A stretch of 64,000 bases of DNA. It comes from Minutocellus sp. GHC0000111 (Eukaryota). Within the stretch, counting starts at the first letter, position 1. The number at the start of each line of letters is the position of its first letter. The translations under genes were made by a program, and so were the position numbers. The stretch spans positions 1,798,001-1,862,000 of the forward strand of contig OZ361257.1 in NCBI GenBank assembly GCA_977018835.1, read 5' to 3'. Below the pieces are notes generated by a model, which had not been told where the DNA came from, made no database searches, and saw only the letters and a program-made list of their open reading frames with translations. This document shows positions 22,595 to 32,071 of this stretch, piece after piece.

Positions 22595-24214
22595 TTAGTC
22601 TGTAGCTGCTACATTGTCCTTAGCCGTCTCCGCATCCTCCTCGACGGTAAGCACGACGAGGACTCCATAAACGTCGACTCCATCGTGCTTACGCAAGGGC
22701 GATGGCGACGTCTGAAATTGCTTCGTCTGAAAGCCGACCTTCTTCGCGGACTGTTCCAAGTACCACTTCTTATGCGCATATCGAGCGCATCTCTGGAGGG
22801 CATAGGGCTTCTCCGGCTCGGGGTCATTCTCATTCTCCTCCAGAAATTCGGCGGAGAACGCGAATACGCCGCGGTCGTTCAGGATCTCGCGAATATCGGA
22901 AAACACGTTGGCCAGGTCCTTCACGTACGGTGCGACGTTGCAGCCCACGATAAGATCAAACATGGTATAAGCCAGGGCACCGTGCGTGGCATTTTTGCAT
23001 CTCTTTCCAAACTTGGGGTGCTTGCGAAGAACACATTCCACGTTGCCACAAACAGTCGCCTGGTAGCAACCTCTATCCTTTGCTTTATCTAGCATACTCT
23101 GCGAAAGATCGACGCCGGTCAGATGTTTGCAGCAGGATTGGAATGACAAACCACTACATCCAACTCCGCAACCCACATCAGCTGCTTTGTCGGCCCAGCC
23201 CTCAACTGGTCTACCTTGTGCCTTGATGACCTCATCGACAAGCTTTCGCAGCTGAGAGGGTGTGTCAAAATGCGATTGCCTCGGCGAATTGGCCATGCAT
23301 TTGGGGATGACACGCGAGAGCAATCCACGGCCTTCCTTCTCGACCTCTTGCGTCTCATATACCGTGGAGAAGGGAAGTCCAGAATCATACATGACGAGCT
23401 CGCCACGAGAAAACTCTTTCCATTTCTCATTGGTCGTTAGCGGAGCCGTGGCGATCACGGCTACTCGATCAGCAGCCGTGGTGCACTTGGAAAAGTCGAC
23501 GCTGTAATCGACATCAGCTAATTGGGCGGTAGAGAATGGTGGCTTGCGAATGGTGTACCACAAACCGTTCCATACCTTCGATCCCGGCCGAGCTCCTGGC
23601 CAACTGTAGGCAAATAAGGTGTATTCACCACAACCCAACAGAAAATTCAAGATGGTCAACTCTTCGTCGCCCTCTACAATCTGAGCGCATAGCTTCTGGA
23701 GCGTTTCGTATAGCACGGGTAGCGTCGGTAGCTCATTGAATTCGGCACGAAGGGCGTTCAATATTGCGCAAAACACAGCCTCACTATCGGTATCGCCCAC
23801 GGGATGATAGAAATTCTGGTCGCGGTCGGTCAGCCGGCCCAAAAGTGGGTACTCATTGTAAGGCTTATTGGAATACTTAGGAACTTCGCCGTTGTGACAA
23901 AACGTCCAGCAGATTCCCCACATCTCACGCTGAAATGGGTGGACATTCTCCAAGGCAACTTTGCCTTGTGTGGCGTAGCGAATGTGGCTCATCATGTTTA
24001 GCGTTTTGATGGGGTAGCCCTCCACAAACTTGGCTACCGCTGATTCTGCAGCGGGCTTTGAGTCGATAAATGTCCGAACCCCGCGGCCTTCGTAGATGGC
24101 AAGTCCCCACCCATGCTCATGCTTATCGGTCTCCCCGCCTCGACGAGCAAATCCGCGAAAGGAGAAGTTGAAGTCGGTTGGCGTGGAACAATTCATTCCC
24201 AGTAGTTGGCACAT
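22595..24214 (-). CDS. Class II glutamine amidotransferase (YafJ/DUG3/EgtC-like) fused to a class I SAM methyltransferase
   Basis: N-terminal MCQLLGMN (Cys2 nucleophile), HGWG, SHIRYAT.G.V.LENVHPF, FCHNG and GDTDSE. C-terminal DVGCGVG, GVDLS.SML..A, FDLIV, GVFAFS.E and RYAH. Confidence 0.92.
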   Translation of the reverse strand: MCQLLGMNCSTPTDFNFSFRGFARRGGETDKHEHGWGLAIYEGRGVRTFIDSKPAAESAVAKFVEGYPIKTLNMMSHIRYATQGKVALENVHPFQREMWGICWTFCHNGEVPKYSNKPYNEYPLLGRLTDRDQNFYHPVGDTDSEAVFCAILNALRAEFNELPTLPVLYETLQKLCAQIVEGDEELTILNFLLGCGEYTLFAYSWPGARPGSKVWNGLWYTIRKPPFSTAQLADVDYSVDFSKCTTAADRVAVIATAPLTTNEKWKEFSRGELVMYDSGLPFSTVYETQEVEKEGRGLLSRVIPKCMANSPRQSHFDTPSQLRKLVDEVIKAQGRPVEGWADKAADVGCGVGCSGLSFQSCCKHLTGVDLSQSMLDKAKDRGCYQATVCGNVECVLRKHPKFGKRCKNATHGALAYTMFDLIVGCNVAPYVKDLANVFSDIREILNDRGVFAFSAEFLEENENDPEPEKPYALQRCARYAHKKWYLEQSAKKVGFQTKQFQTSPSPLRKHDGVDVYGVLVVLTVEEDAETAKDNVAATD

Positions 24215-26671
24215 GATGGGCGATCAAATTCTGTTTTGCTTGTGTGATTGGGTTCTTCTTCGTGCGTATGTGAAAAATGCCGGTAAATTTGGGGCAACTC
24301 GAAAAAATTGGCACAAGATTTGCGAAATGAAATATACTGCTTCTTTGCACTGCAATATCAATTACGCAGGGAGCTCGAGGTATCGCCTCCCTTACTGTTG
24401 GCTGGTTCGGAGTTGGTGCGTTGGTGCTCTCGATTACTGACTTGGTCTCCCTTGCTTGCTGCGGGTTGAATTTTGGCTGACAGCTGGCGTCTGGTGGTGG
24501 AACTGTCTGCAAGTCGTTGAAGGACTCCTGTAGAAATAGTCGGTGTTTTAGACGACACCTGAAACCAGCCAACTCAAACTCAACGGACCATCACTTCCAA
24601 CTTCCAACCCCCAGTAGACCGTCAACATGATGTGCAACATGAGTACCAACTACAGTATCTCTTTTTGATGATGTCCAAGTAGCCTCCGATGCCGTCAATT
24701 TTTGGGCTTCTTGGTGCGATATTGGTGAATTTGACCTTATCCCCGCGTCACGCCATGCCACCCACGTGCTGATTGGGCTCCACTTTTGTACAGAAAAGTA
24801 GAATTGTTATGAAGCGATGCAGTGATCAGCCACTTTCAACTATGTGAAAGATTAGATAAGATTGGTACTAGTGTCGATCAATGGGCTAGCTATGGTATCG
24901 AGATCGGCCAATCAAATAGACATAAAACATGTTCATCGGTCCCAAAATCTGACCCCAAGTTCGAGCTGTGCCCACCTCGACATCGACATGGCAAGAGTTG
25001 AGACCCAAGATTATGAGGTATCCCACACAACTTTTGATATCTCATCTGCATTGATATATCCGAGGAATTGACTGGCTACTCCGGCCATCTGGATGCTCAA
25101 AACTGGTTCCTTTCGTACCATATTTATGGAAAATGAGAAAATTCTACGCCAATGTGGTGGCGCCACAGTCAGTTCAGGTGCGATAGTTCCTGCAGTGCGA
25201 CCGAAAGGTGATGAACCACATTCAATTCTCCCACTATATATAGCATGGAGTGAAATGATGGGAATTGCAGTCATGGCCGTGCATGTGAACCTACTTGAAA
25301 TGGACATGATGACATTCGATATGGATCTGCTCGATTGTGCTGGCAACCTTCCGCAGGATATTATTTCCCTGTTGAGGACTTCATTCAACCCCAAATGGAT
25401 GATAGCAAGTCCTCGGAATCGATGGAATGTGTCTACATTGGTGATTTATAGCTTTTGCACGTGGTTGGGGTCAGTGGATGAGTCGAGCTATGCAGCATGT
25501 CATCAAGAGAAGGGAAATAAATTCCGTTTTAAGGTGTCAAAATCGGGTACATGGGGGTAGATTGGCACCTTTGCTAGTAGATAGTTGCGGTAGCACATTA
25601 TTACCGCCCAGCTATGATATGAGGCGGTCCATTGATGAAAAGTTTCGCAGCGATTTGACAGTTCTTGGTCGTTTGGTAGTCATCTGTATGTTTCGTGGAG
25701 GTCCAATGTGAGATTTTCATTGCAGTCGCTCCCACCGTCGGTGGCATTGGTGGACGACAACGAATGGATATGAATGCATGTGGAGTACATTAAATGCCGT
25801 CCCGTAATATCTCTGGGCGAATAGTATGCCAGTGCAAAGCTTGTGCTGCCGCTGTGTGCCATGCCAGGGACCGATTGTCTACAACTACGAGGATCCATTT
25901 TTCCGCGGATCGGTCGAATCGATGAAACATGGGTTTGATTGCGGACATTTCGAGCTGATAGCCCAAGTACTTTATCATCCTCACTTGGGTATGGTGTGAT
26001 ACAACCGATTGATGGAAAGTTTCGCGGCTTTCCGGCATGTCTTGGTGATTTGGTGGCTACTTGGATGATTTTTTGAGGTAAATGGCGCGATTTTTTGGCA
26101 TTTGCGAAAGGGATGAGAGGTTAGATTTCGCACATGAACGCCCAAATAATAATGCTATGCACCATCTTCATTCAGGTATGATATATGAGGTTGGATCGAT
26201 GGGATTTTTCGCAGCATTTCGTATCATCTTGGCGTTTTTTGGGGCACCTGACTATTTCGTGGCGGTCGGTGATGGAATTTTCCAGGGCTTTCTCTTGGAT
26301 TGCAAATTTGCTAGTGAGTGACAAGGAAACTCGACTGCATCGTTGAAATAGATCAAAAAGGAAGATATTATCATAGTGCATCGATTTAGGTTTCCTTGGT
26401 ATGCCTTGGGTGGCGTAGAGAGACGTGATGGTGAGAAAGGGGTATGATTTTTGCCAAAAATTTTCATCGATTTTATGTCGTCACCAACCTCGAGGAGTGC
26501 TAAGGCCCAGACAGCAAGAAATGATCACTAATCCAATACCATGGCCATACCAATATCTTTCTATGCATACCTAGTGAAGTTCTATGGACACGGGAAAAAG
26601 CATAGTAGCTTCTAAGTCTACTTTCGGGCGGCACGACCTCACCACCTCCAAGAAGAAATCGATTTTTCGCT

Positions 26672-27345
26672 CAGATTCATCCCCCGGGAGTGATGATAGC
26701 GCCCGTGAGAGATTTGCAGCAGAGGAAACCTCCGCCCAAGCTTTGTGTACCTTTTATGAGTGATGTCTAAGGCGTTGCTATGCTTCTATGTTTGAGTTTG
26801 TACTTGTAAAGTCGAGATTTATGTGCCAACAGCTCCCCCAGAATCTCAGGTTTTGCCGTCGTCACCCCCCGGAAGGCACAACAGACGACCATGAGAGCCT
26901 TGTAGCGGAGGAAACCTACGCCCAAGCCTTGGATACATTATCGGGGTGATACCTAAGGTAGCCCTGTGCTTCTATGTTTGAGTTTGTACTTGCAAAGTCG
27001 AGATTCATGTATCTCTAGCCCGCCTAGAATGCCAGATTTTGCCGTCATCGACCCCCGGGAGCCACATTAGGCGCCGTTGGGACCCAAGTAGTAAAGGAAA
27101 CCTACGCCCAAGCCTTAGATACCTTGTCTGGGTAATATATAAGGTAATGGAATGCTTCTATGTTTGAGTTTAGGGTCGGAATGTCGAGATATGACAACTC
27201 CAATACTCCCCAGAACCCCAGATTTTGCCGCGGTCGACCCTTGGGAGCCACAATAGGCGCCGTAGGGATCTAAGTAGTGCCGTAAACTTTCGCCTAAGCC
27301 TCGGGTACCTGCTCTGGGTGATAACTGAGGCAACGGTGTTTTTCT
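26672..27345. repeat. Diverged tandem repeat, 186-bp unit, about 3.6 copies
   Basis: GGAAACCT.CGCCCAAGC-like marker at 26724, 26910, 27096 and 27282. TGCTTCTATGTTTGAGTTT at 26781, 26967 and 27153. Every interval is 186 bp. Confidence 0.9.
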
Positions 27346-27485
27346 TTTTACAGTTATGGTTCGGTGATTGAAAATCATGACTTTTTCTAAGTAAGCACCC
27401 TACGTAGACTAGGTAGAATTCCCCTCACCAAGATACAAGTCGGCATGGAGAAAGATGCTCATGGCGCCAGCTCAAGTTACAAACC

Positions 27486-28496
27486 TCAAACACTGCTGTC
27501 CTGCTTTTCAAGTTTGGCATCCGTGGCACCCCCGCCGCCACTCCCTCCAAACGACCAAAGCCTCTTGAGTATGAAATAATTGACAATCCCGGTCCACAGC
27601 AGCGTCACCACAAACGCCACGTAATGCGGCACTCCCATTCTAGCCATTACCACATTGAATGCCGTCGACAACGCAATGCTGATGGAATAGCCGGCATACA
27701 TCCGCCCCAGGCTGCGCCAATATCCACCGACATACGCACCAAAGGTAAAGTATCTATGCGAGGAATGCCGTACGACAATCGACAACCCGAACCCAATGGC
27801 CCAACACATGGACGGATCGCGAACGTTGAGAAAGAAATGGACCGCCAGGTCGATGAACAGTTGTATGATGTCGCACAGAAAGCCCGATAGGGAATAGAAG
27901 ATGTAGCGAGGTGGTTTGATGCTCAGAATTCTCACCGTGTCGGCTGCCGGTGCGGCTCCCGATATCACCGGCGTGAGGCCAGAGATGAGCGGTAGGTACT
28001 CGGGAAGAGACGATATTGACGTGGAGTTTTCGGATGGCGCTTCCCCACTGGATTGTTGACTGCTGTGCAACGTGTTGCTGCCTCCATATTTTTCAATTAA
28101 TAGCTTGCAACACATCCGCCGCGCTGGTATCTGTATGCTCTCCAATTGTTGCGCTACTCTGGTCAGTCCTTGCACGATAATTTCTGTTGACGAGGAACAG
28201 CACGGGCACGCGTCGGCGGCTACTTTGGCACATCTTGTGCGCTTTCTTCGTCGGTCCTTGGGTGGCGATGCCTCGGCCTTGGAAGATCCAGGGCATTCAT
28301 TCTCGGACCAACCATCGTGAGGGGGTGTTGCAGCAGTTGTCGCTGCCTGATGCCGCGGGTGGAGATTCGCTTCAATTCCTATGGTCGGGCGGCTGACTTG
28401 TGGCGTTGTGGCGGGGCAGAATGAGAAAAAACCGTTGGTCGGGTTGAAACCCTCACCGACCGACCTTCCTCTCCGCTCCGGCTTCGTCGGCGGCAT
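27486..28496 (-). CDS. Protein with a C-terminal GtrA-like four-TM domain
   Basis: C-terminal 'YSLSG...DIIQL...H..HRYFTF......SLGRMY...NYFILKRLW.F' has the GtrA pattern. The N-terminal part is low complexity, so the start (MPPTK) is inferred. Confidence 0.75.
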   Translation of the reverse strand: MPPTKPERRGRSVGEGFNPTNGFFSFCPATTPQVSRPTIGIEANLHPRHQAATTAATPPHDGWSENECPGSSKAEASPPKDRRRKRTRCAKVAADACPCCSSSTEIIVQGLTRVAQQLESIQIPARRMCCKLLIEKYGGSNTLHSSQQSSGEAPSENSTSISSLPEYLPLISGLTPVISGAAPAADTVRILSIKPPRYIFYSLSGFLCDIIQLFIDLAVHFFLNVRDPSMCWAIGFGLSIVVRHSSHRYFTFGAYVGGYWRSLGRMYAGYSISIALSTAFNVVMARMGVPHYVAFVVTLLWTGIVNYFILKRLWSFGGSGGGGATDAKLEKQDSSV

Positions 28497-28592
28497 TTTG
28501 CTTTTTTTCTTGTTATTGCGGACAAAGAGAACCTCTTGGAAGCCGCCTAGTATCTTCTCCCCATCGGCCATAAAGCAACACGAATTATTACA

Positions 28593-30068
28593 ATGGAGAC
28601 CAATGGCACATCGACTCATGGCAGCAAAGACGGCCTCGACATTACAACTCGAACCACCAACACCAATGGCCGCCGTCACAACAACCATCAACCGCGAAAG
28701 AAGCGCCGCGAAAGTAGGCGCGAAAGTCGATTCGCCGACCCCAACGAGAGCGATTCCGATCCGCCCGATCGGATATTTGCCACCGTGGCCTCGTCGGATC
28801 GAAGTCTGAATACCATTGAATCCGTGAGGAGTATCGTAACCGCCAACGAAAACAATTCAGAAAGCTCAAATGGTCAAGATCAGCAAAAAGATATCGAACA
28901 AGGTGCCGATGATAATGACGATGCGGACCCACGACGGATGGTGGTGGTCCGGTACTTTCTCGACCGGCCGGGATATGGCTTCCACAACAGCGCGGCGCGG
29001 TTCTGGTTCGATCCGCCGGAAGTGTGCATGTCGCGCCACGTCCACACCTTCCTCAAGGAGCAGGGCATCGCCCTCGACGGACTGCTCATTGAACTGTATC
29101 TCGATAAATTCCAAGCGTTCATGCTGTTGGAGGCCTGCGAGGCCAATCTGATCCAGTGGAACTTTGGGGGGACCAACATCCACGATCCGGGGGTGCTCAA
29201 TGTCCGCCTGACGGACCTGGCGCGTGCCGAAATGGACGAGAAGGGCCTATCGGGGAGTGGTCACAGTAGTAGCTCGAACCTTGGTGGAGGTGTGTCGAGT
29301 CCCCACCCGCCGATTGTGATGGCCAACACCATCCCCGCCGGTCTGCTGTCCTTCGCCATGATGGTGGGTTTGGAAACCGCCGCTCTCATGGGCCAGATGT
29401 TCCCCGGCACCGTCAGCGCATCGTTTGCATTGGCGTGGGGACCCTACATGCTCTTCGTGGGTGGGTTGCTCCAAATCATCGTCGGCACTCTGCAGGTATT
29501 CCGCAACAACATTTACGGTGCCATTGCCTTTCTTGGATTTGGTTCGTTTTGGTTGGCCAATGGTACCGTCGTTACCCTGCAAACCTTTTTGGCTGCGGAT
29601 GGAACCGTTGCTGTCGATGATCTGGCCGGCATGGCCGATCCCGTAGGCGGTTTCATCCGAACCATGTACATATTCGCCTTCTCATGCGTATTGTTGAAGC
29701 AAACACTGGTCATGAACAAGCTGAGCACCACCCTCATATCGCTCTTGTGTTCCAAGCTGGCCTTTCAGGCACTTTCCCAATGGTTCGATGCGGCACGGTA
29801 CGGTCAGCTGGCATCGGGTTGGCTGACGTCGCTATTCGCCTTTTACGTCTTTACGACCGAACTGACCAACGCCGTGTATCATCGGGAGGTCTTTCCCGTC
29901 TACAAATGGAGCGACAAGACGTCGCCCGAAGAGGTGTTTGGTGCCCAGGGCAGGGGTGGGACGTTGTTCTCCAAGGCAGCACGGCTGCGCCGGGCCAGCC
30001 AGCCCAACCGGTACATGGTCCGTGCCGCCAAGGGCAGCAGCAGAAAAAGCAAGAGCAAGCATGCTTAG
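28593..30068 (+). CDS. GPR1/FUN34/YaaH (SatP) acetate/carboxylate transporter with a long N-terminal extension
   Basis: 'MANTIPAGLLSFAM' (NPAPLGL-like), 'GGLLQIIVG.....RNN.YGA.AF..FG.FW', and six hydrophobic helices. Confidence 0.88.
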   Translation: METNGTSTHGSKDGLDITTRTTNTNGRRHNNHQPRKKRRESRRESRFADPNESDSDPPDRIFATVASSDRSLNTIESVRSIVTANENNSESSNGQDQQKDIEQGADDNDDADPRRMVVVRYFLDRPGYGFHNSAARFWFDPPEVCMSRHVHTFLKEQGIALDGLLIELYLDKFQAFMLLEACEANLIQWNFGGTNIHDPGVLNVRLTDLARAEMDEKGLSGSGHSSSSNLGGGVSSPHPPIVMANTIPAGLLSFAMMVGLETAALMGQMFPGTVSASFALAWGPYMLFVGGLLQIIVGTLQVFRNNIYGAIAFLGFGSFWLANGTVVTLQTFLAADGTVAVDDLAGMADPVGGFIRTMYIFAFSCVLLKQTLVMNKLSTTLISLLCSKLAFQALSQWFDAARYGQLASGWLTSLFAFYVFTTELTNAVYHREVFPVYKWSDKTSPEEVFGAQGRGGTLFSKAARLRRASQPNRYMVRAAKGSSRKSKSKHA

Positions 30069-30459
30069 ATCTAGTCGTTTGATCCCGACGAACGACTCGG
30101 CCAACTGGGAGTCAAGCCAAGCCAAGTTTAGAGTTCGTAGATTTATAGAGATTGTGTGTCAAAAATAGAGTTATTAGTAAAATTGGTTCATTGATAAAAT
30201 CGAAGCAAATAAATAATTCTGTGCATGCAAGGGAATGTTTCGTTGCTTCTTTTCTTCCTTTACACAATATATTTTTCTTCTTTTTTTTTCTTTCTATATA
30301 GCAAATAACATCCCCATTCAAATGATAATTGATAGTAGTAAGTGAACAAATAGTAACAGCCAGTGTGCGGTGCGTGATGATGGATAATCCCCGGTTAGTG
30401 ATGATGATGGTGGTGATGGATGAGTGTGAGTTGCGAGTGCGCCTACATCCCCACCCTAA

Positions 30460-31536
30460 CTACCAACCGGTGTCGCCGCCAATGACCACGCCGGCGTTGA
30501 CGTCCTGCTCGTAGGGGTCCACGATGCGATTGGGCACGATGGCCGCCTGCAGGGGAAATTCAATGGGGGCCGTGTTGACCACCCGGACGACGTTGCCGGC
30601 ACCGGGACTACCGAGGACACAAAAGAAGGGCCTGTCGAGTCCATCCTCGGTATACAGCTCGATGACCTGCTTGTTGTTGTTGGGTCCCTGGAGGAGCTCG
30701 ATCCTCGCGTTGAGGGGCCGCCCGTCGGTTTTCAGCAGCACCTGGATGGAGTCGACGGTGGGGTCAAAGGGATACGTTCGGAGGGCCCCTCCCTGGATGG
30801 TCATCAAACTTTCATAGGCCAGGTCGTTGGGCAGGGCAATGATTTCGGAGGCCGTCACCGTGGCCGCAAAGGGGAACTCCATCTCGCCAATGTTGCGGAT
30901 GGCGCACGTCGACGGTCCTCGGGGAGTTTCGATGAGGGCCGTAAAGGGCCGGATGCTGCCGTCTTCGACGTACGTGCGCATCTTGACGGGACAGTTGTCG
31001 GGTCCCTGCCACAGCTCAATGTCGGCGTCCAGGGGACGGCCGGCGGTGGTCAGAACGACCTGGAGGCGCTCGACGTACGCCGAGGCGAAGCTCCACGTTT
31101 TGAGGGAACCGCCCTGCAGGAGGATGGAGGGGATGGATCCGTCGCCTACGGGGGTCTTGCCAGGCGCGCTCAAAGGGTTGGACGGGGCGTTGAGCTGGGC
31201 CTTTTCGATGGGCGTTTGGGGACGGGCCAACGAGCCGCCGGGGGCCGAAACGCCAAAGCCGGTGCTGGTGCCGGGGGAGGGGGCGGGCTGCGTGCCGACT
31301 CCTCCCATTCCGCCGCCCATTCCACCGCCCATTCCACCGGCCGGGGCGGGGGCACTACCAAAACCTCCTCCAGCCGGGGCAGGCGCACTGCCGAACGGAC
31401 TGCCGCCGACCATCGAGAGGGCCGAGGGCTGCACGCTCGGGCGTATTCTCGACTCCGCCCCCAAAGAAGAAGGAGCGAACGCCGACACGCCTCCTACGAG
31501 GAGAGCGGCCGCCAGGGCCACACCCGAGAGCTTCAT
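30460..31536 (-). CDS. Plastid-targeted hypothetical protein with two tandem ~95-aa domains
   Basis: Signal peptide plus VSAFAP, then a G/P-rich linker. Repeats QGGSLKTW..QVVL.T.GRPL.A.IELWQGP.N...Y.EDG..RPF...TP and QGGALRTY..QVLL.T.GRPLNA.IELLQGP.N...Y.EDG..RPF...SP. Confidence 0.88.
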   Translation of the reverse strand: MKLSGVALAAALLVGGVSAFAPSSLGAESRIRPSVQPSALSMVGGSPFGSAPAPAGGGFGSAPAPAGGMGGGMGGGMGGVGTQPAPSPGTSTGFGVSAPGGSLARPQTPIEKAQLNAPSNPLSAPGKTPVGDGSIPSILLQGGSLKTWSFASAYVERLQVVLTTAGRPLDADIELWQGPDNCPVKMRTYVEDGSIRPFTALIETPRGPSTCAIRNIGEMEFPFAATVTASEIIALPNDLAYESLMTIQGGALRTYPFDPTVDSIQVLLKTDGRPLNARIELLQGPNNNKQVIELYTEDGLDRPFFCVLGSPGAGNVVRVVNTAPIEFPLQAAIVPNRIVDPYEQDVNAGVVIGGDTGW

Positions 31537-32071
31537 TGCTAACAAGCTAGAGAGTCAAAGGCCTACCTAGCTACAGAACTAACGAAAGGAGGTAACCACT
31601 ACTGGGCCGGCGCACTTGCACAGAGCAAAGCAACCACACACAGAAGGAGGTTGGAGGCAGCTTGAGCACTTGCTTTTCTCGCAACGGCGGCACACACCAC
31701 CGAAGCAACGCAAGCGAACAACAACGCGTGTGGGAAGCAAGGCGCAAAAACCACGACGAGCGGAATCGCTTCTTCGAAAAAAACCGACGCGTCCCGTGCC
31801 ACGTATGCATCAATTGGACTCGTTCGACTAATTTTCAGGTCGCTGAGGTGGCATTCCATCAGACGGAAAGGGGAGCCAAACGATGCGGAAACTTCAACGT
31901 GACGGGAAGATGACGTCGAGATGACGTCGGCGTGTTCTCCGGCAAGAAAATTTGGAAAAGAGAAAGCGAAAAAGCAGATGGCCGATGCTGGCAAGCAACA
32001 AGACCGACACATCACGTGCTGGCTTTTGAATTGAATAGAGCAGATACCAGCCCCCAATACAAACAGCAGCA

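Noticed and set aside
24862..26467. Several 69-155 aa ORFs in the gene-free island
   Set aside because: No domain motifs, no consistent strand, and not coding-like in composition compared with neighbouring genes.
26672..27345. CRISPR-like array or coding repeat
   Set aside because: Whole 186-bp units are homologous, with no unique spacers and no cas genes. No ORF runs through the units even though 186 is divisible by 3.
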